DNA of 62,448 nt, filler included, from Ionaspis alba (taxonomy: Eukaryota): assembly GCA_964255285.1 (NCBI GenBank). It is 4 parts of 4 records of this genome, joined end to end, with 100 filler letters (N's around TTAATTAATTAA, not from the genome) between each part and the next. Parts side by side here need not be neighbours in the genome. Positions count along the whole stretch, not along the records: positions 15,643 to 31,183 come from CAXUUL010000373.1; positions 31,284 to 46,822 come from CAXUUL010000374.1; 2 more parts are not named here. The stretch is one strand, 5' to 3'. Positions 24,150 to 37,137 of this stretch are shown here, piece after piece. Under the pieces are notes generated by a model. It was not told where the DNA came from. It was given only the letters and a program-made list of their open reading frames with translations, and made no database searches. How positions within the stretch are numbered: position 1 is the first letter of the stretch; each line of letters begins with the position of its first letter. Both the position numbers and the translations under genes were made by a program.

Positions 24150-25188
24150 TCAACCAATCATCACCACGCCGAGATGCAGCCAACCGTCAAGATAAGCTAT
24201 ACTCCTGACGAGCTCCTCAACTGGGGCTGTCATAGGAACAGTGGCTCCATGTAGTACGGGCTTGGCTAGAATAGGGGTTCTCCGGCTCGGAAACAGTGAC
24301 GGTAGAACAGCATGTAATGCCATGCCGATGGTTTGAGGCTCTCTGCTATTGGGAAGTGATGGGGTGATCAACGACTGGACGACTTTCAGGTGTCCAGAAG
24401 TTGGCTTCGATTCAGAAGGTGAAGAGGGCAGATAAATCCTTAGGGGTACATGCCGGAGAGGAGCACCCTGTCCTTGGAGTAGTCTTTGATTTATCGAGTT
24501 GAACGGATTGAAATCATCTTAACGGCATCAGCGAATGTTACAGATTTGGGAGGCAATGAGGGACGGGATCATACGATCTTGTACAGCCTTCCACATTCGA
24601 GTAGAGTCATCTTTAGATAAAGACATGATACCCTTTGCAGTACCATTTCGAATGAAATCGGCTTCTTTGACACTGTTAATGAAGGCATCATGAAGCACTT
24701 TCCCGTCCACATCGAGCATGACTAGTTGATCTAAGGGCCACTCTGTGAAGTGAAGCACCAGCTGCCATGGCAATGGAGAAGCTTCTTCATGAGAGATACG
24801 ACCCTTCTCACTTGGACTCAAGGGCTGCGCTGGATTGGCTCCGGAGAACAAATCATACAGCAGCCCGACAGGGTAGTGCCATTTCAAAGGAACTCCTTCA
24901 AAGGAGAACCAGCCGGTATGTGGGCCCGTTCCTGAATCTATCAGAGCATACGCAAAAAATGCGTGTAATCTTGGAAGCAGAAATGGAAGATATGATAATC
25001 GAGGGTAGTGAATCTAATCCCAATGTTAGCAATTCCCCATGAAAGCTACGACGGGTAGTTTGAAATACTAAATACGGATCTGTTTGATCATAAACTCGAG
25101 AGTCAGATGGTGATAGCCTAATCTCCAAAGGAAGTGATCCTTTCCACACAGCTTCTTGAAGTGCACGAAGCTCCTTTGGGGTTGTCAT
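24150..25188 (-). CDS. atg5: Autophagy protein Atg5; two introns
   Basis: [69 protein letters not shown] (Atg12-acceptor Lys), YLDGWLHL. Confidence 0.95.
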
Positions 25189-25460
25189 CGCTCCTGTAGG
25201 AACGACGGATCCCGGCAACCTTTCTCAAGAAGCCAAAGTTGTCTCATCATGGATGTGGTTTACGAGAGATATTTCTATGACACCACCGCCCACAACTGGA
25301 AGCGGTTTCGTGCATCAAGCTCGTGATAGGGCTGCCACTGCGCTAAGCCATAAACGCTCAACTGCGATAAGTAGTGCCGTCTCAACCTTGTGGGGAAGTT
25401 CAACAGTCAAAGACCCAGGTTCCAAAATCACCCACACTTTGCAAGCTCTGAGGTGCCAAG

Positions 25461-26388
25461 ATGGCGACTCCAGCTACAGCACTACCACGCTTTCTACTGC
25501 CCCAATTGACATGGAAGCGCTCGATACCTGGGTCAATTGCTGTGACCACCTGTCCTGTTCAAACCATCTATCAGCATCGAAGCCGGCCGACGTGTCGGAG
25601 GATGTCATGTCAAACAGACTCGGTCCACGAAGTGCATAGTCCATCATTGAGATATCCCCAGCTCCGACACCGACCATCATCAGCGCGCATCCTACCGTCC
25701 TCCCTTCTCCCGCGCCAACCTTTCCACACAACAGCGCCTCTCTACCGAGACCACCACTTCGACACCCTCAAGTTCGTTAGCCGCCTCAAAGAAGAAGGTT
25801 TCTCGGAAGAGCAGGCCACAGCCATGATGCGAGTCCTCTCCGACGTAATCGAAGAGTCGATCCAGAACCTAACTCGCACCATGGTCTTGCGCGAAGGTAA
25901 AGCACCCGTCCGCTCCAAGCATTCCCCACACTTTCTTCCAGTCGCAACAAGGGACTAAGATGATGAACGAACGTTAAAGATGCCGAACGCACCAACTACA
26001 CCCAAAAAGTCGACTTCACCAAACTCCGCTCGGAACTCCTCTCCGCCGACTCGACCGAGACCACACTCACGCGCGCCTCGCACGAGCGGCTGACGAATGA
26101 CCTTGCGAAGTTGAATTCGAGGCTTCGGGATGAAATCAGTCGTACGCAGGCCAGTGTGAGGTTGGATTTGAATCTGGAGAAAGGGAGGATTAGAGAGGAA
26201 GCGAATGTGCAAGAGCTGAAGATCAAGGAGACAGAGACCAGGATTGAGCAAGAGGTTGCGGGGTTGAGAGAGAGGGTGGAGGGCGTCAAGTTCTCGACGT
26301 TGCAGTGGTTGATGTGAGAATTATGGCTTGTTGTTTTGAAGACTTGGGGACTCGAAAGCTAACTCGTGCGATATAGGGGTGTATGTAC
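25461..26388 (+). CDS. fmp32: Mitochondrial CCDC90/DUF1640 protein Fmp32 (MCUR1 family), 3' end in gap
   Basis: Presequence; HHFDTLKFVSRLKEEGFSEEQA, YTQKVDFTKLRSEL, VRLDLNLEKGRIREE, VKFSTLQWL|MGVC. Confidence 0.9.
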
Positions 26389-26488
26389 NNNNNNNNNNNN
26401 NNNNNNNNNNNNNNNNNNNNNNNNNNNNNNNNNNNNNNNNNNNNNNNNNNNNNNNNNNNNNNNNNNNNNNNNNNNNNNNNNNNNNNNN

Positions 26489-27341
26489 TCCTCAAAGATC
26501 TCGTAATCATTCCCCCCCTTCTGTGTCATATCCCCAAAGAAATGGATCGTCGTGTAATCCACACCACTGATCTCCTTCTCGGCCTCGACATGTCGTAGAC
26601 AGTAGGTCTTGTCCCATCCGGTAGGAAATACATCGAAGGAGATCTGTCCACCAATCGAGAACGTAAGCCCGAAGTCGGCGAATTTCTCCCTCAGTGCTTT
26701 GACAAACTCCGCCCGGACGTGATGCTCCTTGTCATAGGCTGCGAAGTCCTCTCGCTCCTTTTGCGAGGCGTTTCGGCCCACGGGGGAGATGTTGACCATC
26801 CCGTTCCTGTACCGCAATTCTCCAGATCAGCCCCGCTCCGAAGCAATTGACGTCCCCCAAACACGAAGAGGTGTAGTATACCTGAACTCTACAAAAGTCC
26901 CCCTCTTGACCGGCACGTCCGCATCCGCCATCCACCTCAAACAGAAGTTTACCAACTCCTTATACCGCTCCTCCCCCAACCAGCCAATAAAACTCGCACT
27001 AGCTAAAGGCTGCCCCAACCGGTAGGCCGTGAGTCCATTCTCAGCGAAACAGAAATCGAACATCGCAGTCACAAGTAAGGAAGGGGTGGCGAGCTGCTCT
27101 TGTTGTTTGGCGAGGTTTGACCCCGAGACGTAGCCAATGGCGCATTTGTGTCGGAGGGCGGAGAGAACGGCGAGCATTTCGGGGGAGGCGGGCTGATTCA
27201 GGGTCAGCTGGATTGGGAGCATGGAGGGAGCAGACGTACGCGGCGGGCTGGAGTAAGTGTTTCATCGATGTCGAAGAGGCAGATTGTGTTTTTGAGGGGG
27301 CGGGCGGCAAGGGGAGGATAGACGGCTGCTCCTTCGGCCAT
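26489..27341 (-). CDS. sec53: Phosphomannomutase (HAD superfamily), 3' end in gap
   Basis: [89 protein letters not shown]. Confidence 0.95.
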
Positions 27342-27885
27342 CGTGGATTTGCTGCTCGCGTTGGAGGTGTAGGGTAGAGTGTGAACGATTGAGAATTGTG
27401 CCTCAAGTCTAATTGCGGTGGAAGTGTTTGCTTACATGTAGCTCCAAGAGTGATCTTCCCCAGATTTTGTGGAAAGCTCGGAGCGCTAATGGAGCTCTCA
27501 GGACTCGCTTATCATATAGTTTGTGCATGGCGCATGGTATGCATGCTGATTTGTTTGCACCGTTGCACACTGGCAACCACCCTCTGATGAAAAGGTCGAT
27601 CATTTAGAACAATGGCAATATGTACGGCCACATGCATATTAAGCAATTTGATTATTATAAAATCTATCTAGGCCGTTCCCGTCCGTGAGAGCTGAGAAAC
27701 CTGGGTATACAAGTACAATCAAACACCCGCAAATATCGCTGAAGAAACCCTCCGTCCAGAAGCGTCCATGATAAATGCAATGAAAGTTCACTCCGCCCTC
27801 CCAGTATCTTATGCTAGTCTCCAATCTAGAATAACGCCTCGTAAATATGCACAAAGAAGTTTTGTCCGTGGGAAAGTGAGTGCCT

Positions 27886-29685
27886 CTAAGCCGCGACTGC
27901 TTCGATCTTCTTGCCCTTCACAGACCTCCATTCCATGGCGACCGCCCCGAATATAGATATGCATGCGAGAATGAGGGAGACCTGGAAAACCTTCGTCAAA
28001 GCGCCGTTATAGGCGACCAAAACCTGGGGTAGATTCTCGGGAGTGATGCCTTGAATCTCTCTAATCTTCGTCGCTCCAGACCCAATGATGAGCTCCGGAG
28101 ATATTGACGGAACAGTGGCAATGAGGTTTTTGAGAAGGTTATTGGCGAAGACGTTCTGGCCGACGGAGACGAAAAGTGCTCCACCTAGCAATTGAATGAA
28201 CATGACGGTAGCAGTTCCAATGGGAACATCTTCAAGTGGTAGGACTGTCTGAGCAGCCATGAGAGGCTGCTGAAAGCCAGAGCCACTACCCCAGCCGAAG
28301 ATAATCTGGTAGCCGATCCACATTCCGGTGCCAGTTCCAACGGTGAGCGTAGTAAGCAGGCCAGCTCCAACAGCCATGAAAATAGTTGACATGTACATGA
28401 AAGGCGTGTAATAGCCCACGATAGTCGTTAGAACTCCGACGCTGATGGACGAGAGAACTTGTGCGAGGATCATAGGTAAGTTGTCAATTCCGGATTGGGT
28501 GGCGCTGACGTTCTTAATGGCCTGGAACCAAAAAGGTAGATAGTAGATGAAAATGAAGAACGCTCCTCCCAAGCATAGACCAAAGTATGCTCCGGCGACA
28601 ATGCTGCGTTGCCAGAAGATCCTCGGTGGTACTGTTGCAGACTCACCCTTCCAGATCTGAACGATAACAAAGCCGATAAGGAGGACTCCGGCAAGTACGA
28701 AAAGAGCAATGATTCTACCATTTGACCAAGGATACTTCGATCCTCCCCATTGCAGAGCCAGTAAGAGGCACACAATTGCAGGCAGGAAGAAGATTGTTCC
28801 AATTGGATCGAATTGCTTGAAGCGTGCTGAAAACCCTATGGCGCCCTCCTTCTCCCTCTTTGGCGACTTGAAAAAGATGATGATGGCGGCCACAGTCACA
28901 GCACCGATTGGCAAGTTAATATAAAAACACCATCGCCAAGTCGCATGGTCAGTGAAGGCGCCTCCCATGAGAGGACCAGCGACTGAGGCAATCCCATACA
29001 TGCCTCCAATGAGACCGGTATAGATGGGACGCTTGACCAACGGGACCGTAAAAGCAATAATGATGAGGGCACCCGAGAAGATTCCAGCGGATCCTAGACC
29101 AGCAATAGCACGTCCGACGATGAGAGCAGTCGAGTTGGGTGCTACACCACAGACCAGGGAGCCGATCTCGAAGATGCCAATCGCCGTGAGGAAGGTCCAT
29201 TTAATGCTGAAAAACGTGTAGAATTTCCCCCAGAGTAGCTGAAACGCACACGTCGTCAGGAGGTAGGCCGATCCATACCATCCCACATCTTCAATGGCCT
29301 TGAAGTCGTCGGTAATTCTAGGGATAGCTGTTGCGATGATGGTATTGTCCTAATCGAGCGTTAGTGCGACCCTAAGCGAGAGCCGAGCGGAAGAAAAACT
29401 TACGAGAGCGACCAAGAAAACTGCGAGACAAAGCGCAACAACCACGGTGGCGAGTTTGATGCCCGATGGATATTCAATTTCGTCGGCCGGTTTCTCTACT
29501 GGCTTTTCGAGCGCTTCTGCTTCTGCGACAGGAGTGGTCTCGATCTCTTTTTTGCTCCGTATTGACGGCGTGCTTTTGAGTGAGGCTGCTTTTGGGCTGG
29601 CGGCTGCCGAGCCGTCACCTTTCTCAGAGTTGATCATTGATGGGACTTTGCTTGGGACGGCGGTCGAGGTGGGTGTATGCTCCAT
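27886..29685 (-). CDS. MFS DHA2-type (14-TM) drug/toxin efflux pump; intron ~29350-29403
   Basis: [74 protein letters not shown]. Confidence 0.95.
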
Positions 29686-30800
29686 CTAAGAGACAGGTAG
29701 ATAGATGGTCGAAGGTGAAGGGGAGGTAAGTAGTAATAGGTTGAGTGGTGGAAAGACCACCTGGGCGAGAAGTCTTTGTCCTAGATGCCGGGAATGTACA
29801 ATGACTTTAAGGGCTGAGGAAAGGGGAGGATGCGAAGGAATCTGCAAAGTTGTTTCTGGAAGGGAGATCAGGCAGCAATTAAAGACCTCTTATAACTCCA
29901 CAATGCCATTAGATTGGTCGTCGAAGCACTCTGCAAGCTGACAAAGGAGGGTCTGATCTAGGTTTTCTCAGACACGCCGACGACTGTAATAACGCTCCGA
30001 CCGCATTAATTCGATCACTCATGACGAACTCCAAACGCCCCTGCCGGCCAGATGACTAGTGCATCGGCCTTCGGTCTTCCAGATTGATATGCGAAATCTT
30101 AATCTCTCCGTCAATAAGCCCCAACCAATCACACCCACCTCTCGGTCCCGAATGGAGCTGACAGCCTCCGATCCCTACGCAATCCCTGTTCGCTCTCGGC
30201 TCGGGACCAGCGATGCAGTCGGTGGACGGTGTAACTCAATCCATCCGAGCAGGGATCTAAGAGCCGGATCTGGTATAAAGGCGTTCCCCACGTGGATTGG
30301 GCTGAGTAAGATTGTGCGCCGCGCTTAAGGGGGCTTCTAGGCAACAAGAAAGAGTCATCGTTGTATACATGAATATCTCGATGCATAATTCCGAATGTCT
30401 ACGTGGTCTTAGCAAATGGCCAGGATTGATGACTACAATATGGTCGGACTCGCCAGTGCTTGAGGGGCTATGTTGTCACAATATCGACTGACGCAGCACT
30501 GTTTGAAGTTTGATGGGAGAGCTCGGGAGTTAGGATTTCACTCTCGTCAGTATCATACAGAATGAGCGAAAGCGCTTGTTTCGAGAGGATCCTGCTAGTC
30601 ACAATAATAATAGCGACTAAAGCAATAATGCTGCTAGGGAGTTTGAGAGAATAATTCGGTGTTAGGAGTTAACTCTCAATGGATGGTACCGAAAGCGAGA
30701 GCCACCACCGCAAGTCCTGCGTCTTGTACATTGTAGCACCTATCTCTAACCATCGTCGCCTGATTCCATCCATTAACATGAGGTTGACACCGACTCCATG

Positions 30801-31178
30801 TCATCCTCCCGTTTGATTCCTACTAAGAACATCTAGGACGCTTTCTTTTACCACGCTGACGTGGTCAACGTCGTGTTTGAAGCTTGGCCCGATTACACTT
30901 TCCTTCGTGGCTACCGAGATTTTCCTACCAGCAGTATGCGTGTATCTCTGTTTTCGAGGTTGATCTCTTCTCATAATTTTAGTCTCTTCTATTTTGAATG
31001 ACTGTATATCTGCATTCTTGTTACCCGCAGGCGAAATGTCGACAGCAAATATCTTGTTTCCAGTTCCTGAACTTGCTCGTAGTAATGTCGACGCGGAGAC
31101 AATCGCTGTTGGTGTTCTTGCGAGCTTCTTCTCATCTACCTCTACAGATCGTTGTATATTTATCACTCGCATTTCTTC
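30801..31178 (-). CDS. Possible terminal exon of an unidentified gene cut by the scaffold end
   Basis: ~125-codon open frame preceded by a TAG acceptor-like site at the block end; no recognisable motif. Confidence 0.25.
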   Translation of the reverse strand, partial: EEMRVINIQRSVEVDEKKLARTPTAIVSASTLLRASSGTGNKIFAVDISPAGNKNADIQSFKIEETKIMRRDQPRKQRYTHTAGRKISVATKESVIGPSFKHDVDHVSVVKESVLDVLSRNQTGG

Positions 31179-31183
31179 CTACC

Positions 31184-31283
31184 NNNNNNNNNNNNNNNNN
31201 NNNNNNNNNNNNNNNNNNNNNNNNNNNTTAATTAATTAANNNNNNNNNNNNNNNNNNNNNNNNNNNNNNNNNNNNNNNNNNNN
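31184..31283. other. Artificial scaffold linker N44-TTAATTAATTAA-N44
   Basis: 12-mer at 31228-31239 centred in Ns. Confidence 0.97.
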
Positions 31284-32825
31284 CTTCCCACCCCCATCTC
31301 CGTCTCCACAACCGCGCCTATACAATACCCACTCCCCTCTCTAAATCTTCCCAAACTGAACCTCCCTCCAGGCATTCCCATCCCCCGCTTCGCCCTTCCT
31401 CCCTGCATCGCCGGGAACAGCCAATTATCGAACTCGAAAGCCAAGGTGGGTGGATTCAGACATGGGAAGATGTGGAAGGCGTTGTTGGGGGGCGGAAGAG
31501 TTAGAGATCCGGAGATGGAGGCGTAGAAGGCGCGGGCGGCGAGGGGTGGGGCGAGTATGAAGGGTGTGTTGAGCTATGGCTTTGGCTTTAGTGTGTGGTT
31601 CAAGGGCATGGGAGATATGAGGTGAGGTGGGATGAGAGATGGAGAAGGGGGGAAACTTACGTCTACCACTACGGGTTGGTTCTTGAGCACTTTGCTCCCG
31701 TCAACCCAGACACCTTGCATCAGTATCTGCCACCAGCCTTCTGCACCTTGTACTTTGCTCCATCGCCACCCGTCATCCCAGACTGGGTCTCGAGTGCTGG
31801 CGCCCTTTTCCTCTGCAGCTTTGGACTTGCGTAGGCCTCGTTTCTGCAATGGGGTCTCGTCACTCATCTTCGCTTTTGCTGGATCCAAGGCATCTAGTGT
31901 ATCCTTGGTGCGCTGCACAACCATATCAACGGCTTTTGCAGCTGTGCCACCGATGCTTAGAACGCCTTCGTGGCCATTGATAAGCATGATGGAGAAGATT
32001 GGACGCCTGATGATTCCTTTCTCCAGCAGTTGACTGACCAGTGACGGCGAGTCGATCTGCCGCAAGTGAGGTGAGGCGGCTAGACCGAGGATGCTGCCAG
32101 AGGGGTCGAGGGTCAGAGTCGAGGAGCGCGAGGGCCGGCAGTGAGCAAATTCTAGCGGGAGAGAAGATTCGAACGTTGGAAGTCTGAAGGTTTCCGTGGA
32201 AAGGGTACACCGGGGAAATGATGTGGAACTGAATTTGACTGTGAGAGCCGTCGGATCAGCTTAGTCTTTGAGAAGCCATTTGTGGAGGACTTACTGTAGG
32301 ATTTGGAAAATACATCATCATATTTGCTCCCTGTGCGGCTTGTTGTTGTCAGGACGTAGAAGTCAGAGGTCAGCATGTCGAGGTCCACTTCAACTAATTG
32401 CTCTGGCTCGCCGATACCGATCTTTGCATACCTGTTCTCACGTATCTCGAGTCAGCCATCAACACCTTGAAGGCCAGAATTGGGATCAATGAAAGTATGA
32501 GCCAGAGAGCTTACCACCTCCCATCCTCAGCCACCTTCCCCATCAACGAAGANNNNNNNNNNNNNNNNNNNNNNNNNNNNNNNNNNNNNNNNNNNNNNNN
32601 NNNNNNNNNNNNNNNNNNNNNNNNNNNNNNNNNNNNNNNNNNNNNNNNNNNNTTGGCAATTTCACTTCCAGCAGGGAACGCCTGAAACTGGCCCCCACGA
32701 CGCGAGATGGTAAAGTGCAGGACTGGAGCATCATCGAGAGAACGAATGGTTTGGAGGCTGGGAGACAACGCGAAAGTGCTTATGAGAAAGCTAGTAGTAG
32801 GGATGAGGAAGGATAGGAAATGCAT
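31284..32825 (-). CDS. Secreted pepsin-fold (A1) aspartic protease-like protein with non-canonical catalytic motifs; internal gap, 3' end cut
   Basis: Signal peptide MHFLSFLIPTTSFLISTFA; DLDMLTSDFYV, GSILGLA, LVSQLLEKGIIRRPIFSIML, GVLSIGG, GWWQILMQGVWVDG, VVVD|LNTPFILAP, YCIGAV. Confidence 0.8.
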
Positions 32826-33039
32826 TGCGATGCTTCTGCTATATGCCACAGCAGAGGGTATTTGTCATGTAAGTCGTCGTGGGGAATTTCGTGGGAAAAT
32901 TTGAGGCAGGTGCGATGTTGATTGCAGCTTCCGGTTCGCGTTCTGAGATGTTCCTCGCTTGCTTTAGGGTTGGTGCTTGGCGGACCAGGATTGCTGGAGC
33001 TTACTGTCCTAGAAGCTGAGATTCCTCTGCTCCGGATTC

Positions 33040-33210
33040 TCAAGCTGCTGGCGCGGCTGCGGGTGCGGGTGCTGCTGCTGCTTCTGCTCGTGCTGCTGCC
33101 TGACTGGCTTCGAGTTCGAAAGCTGCGATGCGGCGGAAAAGGATCCAGACGAAGAAAACGGCTAGAGGGACCATGAATATCAGGAAGACGATGACGAGGT
33201 TGGGCTCCAT
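33040..33210 (-). CDS. Candidate 56-aa single-pass membrane microprotein
   Basis: MEPNLVIVFLIFMVPLAVFFVWILFRRIAAFELEASQAAARAEAAAAPAPAAAPAA*: 21-residue hydrophobic helix, RR stop-transfer, Ala/Pro tail; below the ORF-track cutoff. Confidence 0.4.
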   Translation of the reverse strand: MEPNLVIVFLIFMVPLAVFFVWILFRRIAAFELEASQAAARAEAAAAPAPAAAPAA

Positions 33211-33644
33211 GACATTTGGTATGTTTGGTCGGAAAATGAAGGAGACACTTGAGGGATTGTTAGCTGTCGTGGCCGGTATGTTGTTGTCCCACTGATTGAT
33301 GGTTTGACTGAATATTCGTGATGTGAAGTGTTGATGGGTGGAACAGTTAGCTTAACGCATTATGAATGACATGCTCTTCTCTTTGTTTAAGGCACGGCAC
33401 AGCATCGACAACAAACGTGGAATTCCAATCTCGACCATTAGACAACGAAAGGGTTGATACCTAAGCTCTCAAAATGCAAATGCTAGTTCTCGTCTCGTAA
33501 TACCTTCATGGTGAACGCCTCTCCAATGCTTGCCAAGTGTGACCGCTGATGACAGTATACCAAAATCTGATGGCTTTGCCCATTGGGTATTTTCACCCTC
33601 TAAACCACACGATGCCTCTTCATTGTGACAAGGTCTTTCCTATG

Positions 33645-36505
33645 CTAAGCATCACCAAGGTCTATATCAGCCATTTGTAAAGCCTCGTCCACACTCTTAA
33701 CAAAGTGATCCTCTCCACCACATTTGTCGACAATCCCGCTCATTTGAAACAGTCTATACACAGAACCTTTCTTACTGGGTATTCTGCAGAAAAAGACTCG
33801 GGTCCCTCTATCCACATAGCCATCGACGATCTCCTTCAGTATTTGAGTGCCAGAGCCGTCCAAGCTCGTCACACCATGAACATCAAAGATGATATTCTGA
33901 TTGTGCTCTGGAGCACGCACTCGAGGAAGGGCGGGATGAGCACCAGTCGTACCATAGAGTTCCAGCCGACGCAGTCGATTCTTTAAGTCTCCCGTATTTG
34001 CAAACGTGAGAGGCTCCGGTATCTTAATGATCAGACACCCTTCAATGAATTCGAGCCCTTGTGGGTTTTCCTCTGCGTTCTCATAAACTCCCGATGTACC
34101 CGGTACCTTGCCCAATATCTGAATTCTAGGCTTCGTAGCGTGTTTGATGACCGATAGAAGCGACAGACCCATCCCGAGCGCTACACCTAGAGGTAATGAA
34201 TAGAATATAGTGGCGAAAAAGATGAGGAACATTAGTCCAAGCGCTGACCATGCGCGAATTTGGATGAAGAATCTGATGTCGTGTGGACATTCTTCGATCA
34301 ACGAATATGCCACCACACTGACCATCGCGCTCAGCACAGCTTTCTAAGTGGATGGTCAGTCGGTACTGATCGATGGATTTGAGCAGAAGAAAAGATGTTA
34401 GCTTACTGGTAGATAGTAGAAGTACGGTAAGAGAAAAAGAACACAAAACACAGTAATGAGACTCAATATGATACTACTCATTGGAGTCCGACCACCCGTA
34501 GATGCATTGACTTTGCTCCTACCATAACCACCGAAGGCAGGTAGAGCCATGAAGCAGCCTCCAACGATATTGGCAACTCCAAGAGCCACTAGCTCGCGAT
34601 TGGCAGAGAGTGCCATGCCCTGCAACCGTTCCCCGGACTGACCTTCTCCTCCACTGAGCGACTTTGCGGCCACGGACGACTCAAAGAAGCCAAGCAGAGC
34701 GATCAAAAAGGAGGTACTCATGGCTTCCCGCACATGCTTCATATGAGAAGGGACGAATGGCCAATGGAAAGGAAATGGTGATCCTGTGCTAGATTGCACC
34801 TCGCCCAGGATTTGGAGACCTTGCTTGTCCCAGGCGAAAGCCGAGGTGAGGACTGCTGAAAATGCAACGACAAGGAAACGATCAGGTATGTAAGCAACGG
34901 AAGGAAATCGAGGCTGCAAGCGCTTTTTGAGGGTTCTGCAATACACTATATCAGTACCTCTCTCTTATATGAAGACACTTTTAGAGACTATAGGCGCCTC
35001 GATTCTTAGATACCTGGACATACCTGCAAACCATGATAATCGCAAAACTCCCAAAAGCAACCGCACACGTCAAGCCATGGGCACTCCCTACATTCCTTCC
35101 CAAAAACATCAACTTATCCATACTACTCCCATGACTAACACCGCCCACCTCCTTTGCCACCGCCGTCAATCCCATCTCGGGGATCAACTGATCCACCAAA
35201 ATAACAATGCCAATGGCACTAATAAAGCCCCTGAGAAACGGCCTCGAAAGCACACTATCAAGAAACCCCAATCTACTCAGTCCAGCAATTAGAATCACGG
35301 CGCCCGCCATGCCGGTCACAACCCCCGCAATCCGCGCATTAAGCACATCGTCCTCGTCTCCCGAATTCCCGAGGTCGANNNNNNNNNNNNNNNNNNNNNN
35401 NNNNNNNNNNNNNNNNNNNNNNNNNNNNNNNNNNNNNNNNNNNNNNNNNNNNNNNNNNNNNNNNNNNNNNNNNNNNNNGTCGACACTCGTCCGCACGACG
35501 GTACCCACTAGGAGGGAGCCCGCAGCTTCGGGACCGACAACCATCTGTGGACACGTGCCAAGGAAGGCGTAGATGAGGGGATTGAAGACGAAGGAGTAGA
35601 GGCCGTTGATGGGCGGGATGTGACCCAGGTTCGCGGCGTAGGAGAGTGACATGGGGATGTAGAAGGAGGCCATGGTCAGGGCGGCGATGAGGTCGCCTTT
35701 CAGAAAGGAGAGCTTGTATTGGGTTATCCAGTTTACGAAGGGGAAGTAATAGGCTAGATACCTAGAAGATCACCCACAATATATGTCAGCATATTGTCTG
35801 CAGCTGCAGAGCAAGTATTCTTGGAGTCAGAACATGAAGGAAATTTCGTGTTTCTGGTATAAAATGGGCAAGAATTACATACATCCTCCTCGAATTCTTT
35901 ACCCCATGCCTCTGCGCCAACCACTTCGTCGTGCTCATCCTCTTACTCCCTGCCCCAAACAGCCCCTCCGCAACCGCATCTCCCAGTATCCCTCGGGTAT
36001 TGCTACTACTCCCCGCGATGCCATTACCCATACTACCCTCGTATCGGCCGCCAAAATTGTACTGGCTATCATAGCTGATCGTGCTCCTATGCGTAAGCGG
36101 CCGCGGGGAAAAGGTGCCGTGGTCACACTTCGCATTGCCGCAGCCTGGTGGCCGATTGTACGAGTCTAGCAGTCTGGTGCGCGCGTCTGCGTTGTGGGCG
36201 GAGGGCTCGTCGAGGTCGCCTTCGACGGGGGTGTCTTGAGAATTGTCGAGGGGAGGAGCGCTGTTGGGGAGAAGGGGGTAGATACCGTCATCTTCGAAGT
36301 CGACAGGGTGATTCTGTGGCGAGTATCTGAGCTCGTCGTCCTCTTGATCCAGCTGGTTGGGTGAAGTGCTTAATCTGTTGTCTTCGGGCGAGGACCCTGG
36401 CTCATGCGATTGCCAGAGCCGACTTGGTGTGAGTGGGGCATGGCTGTCTCTGTGGGTAGAGGAGGCGGGAGACTGCAGAGAAGACTTTCGAGAGTGGTTT
36501 GACAT
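33645..36505 (-). CDS. SulP/SLC26 anion (sulfate) transporter with STAS domain (YPR003C-like), multi-exon
   Basis: GDLIAALTMASFYIPMSLSYA, GLYSFVFNPLIYAFLG, VVGPEAAGSL, SANRELVALG, GGYGRSKVN, IPEPLTFANTG, IFDVHGVTSLDGSG. Confidence 0.93.
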
Positions 36506-37137
36506 TCTAACTTCGTCTCCGGCCTCTCGATGTCCGAAGGAGGGGCTTCTCTAATGGCTACCGTGGTTTGCACAACATAGCGGTTGTTGACCGTTCCGTG
36601 AGCGTTATCAATATAGTTTTCAGCTATCCAATTTGCTTGTCAAGAACGATCAACAGTCAAGGATAGTTGTAGAATGTAGTTGTAATATCAATTGATGTGG
36701 GGAAATGTTTATCCAGCATAAGTAACCTGACTGTGCTCTATCGTGTGACTGACCTCTCACATTGGAGGTCATCAGATCCGACGTCACACTTCCAACGGTC
36801 AGAAGCGGCTCAAATGTCATTCTAACGGCCAACCAGCCAAATATGGAAGGCAGTACCGGGAGACAAAATAACAGATATATATTCAATCGCTTCTGATATA
36901 CGATTCTGAAAACGCACTTTGCCTCTCTTAAAACGTAGCGAATCACGATCGTTCTACTGGATACATCTTGAATACTCCAGTGCTCTTCAAGTCTCCACCC
37001 TAGGTACACGCACCACCAGCATCCTCGACTTCCTCCTCCTTATCCACCGCCTCTGGGTACAAATTCCCTTTTCCCATTATTCACCCGTGATGTAATTTGC
37101 TTGACTTCATCTCCTGGACATCACTCTCGATATGCAC

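Noticed and set aside
27255..27290. PMM motif I reads DIDET instead of DVDGT
   Set aside because: Both catalytic Asp residues are present; likely a tolerated variant.
33040..33210. Sec61-beta assignment for the small TM ORF
   Set aside because: The TM segment is N-terminal and the YTDE..GLKVDP motif is absent.
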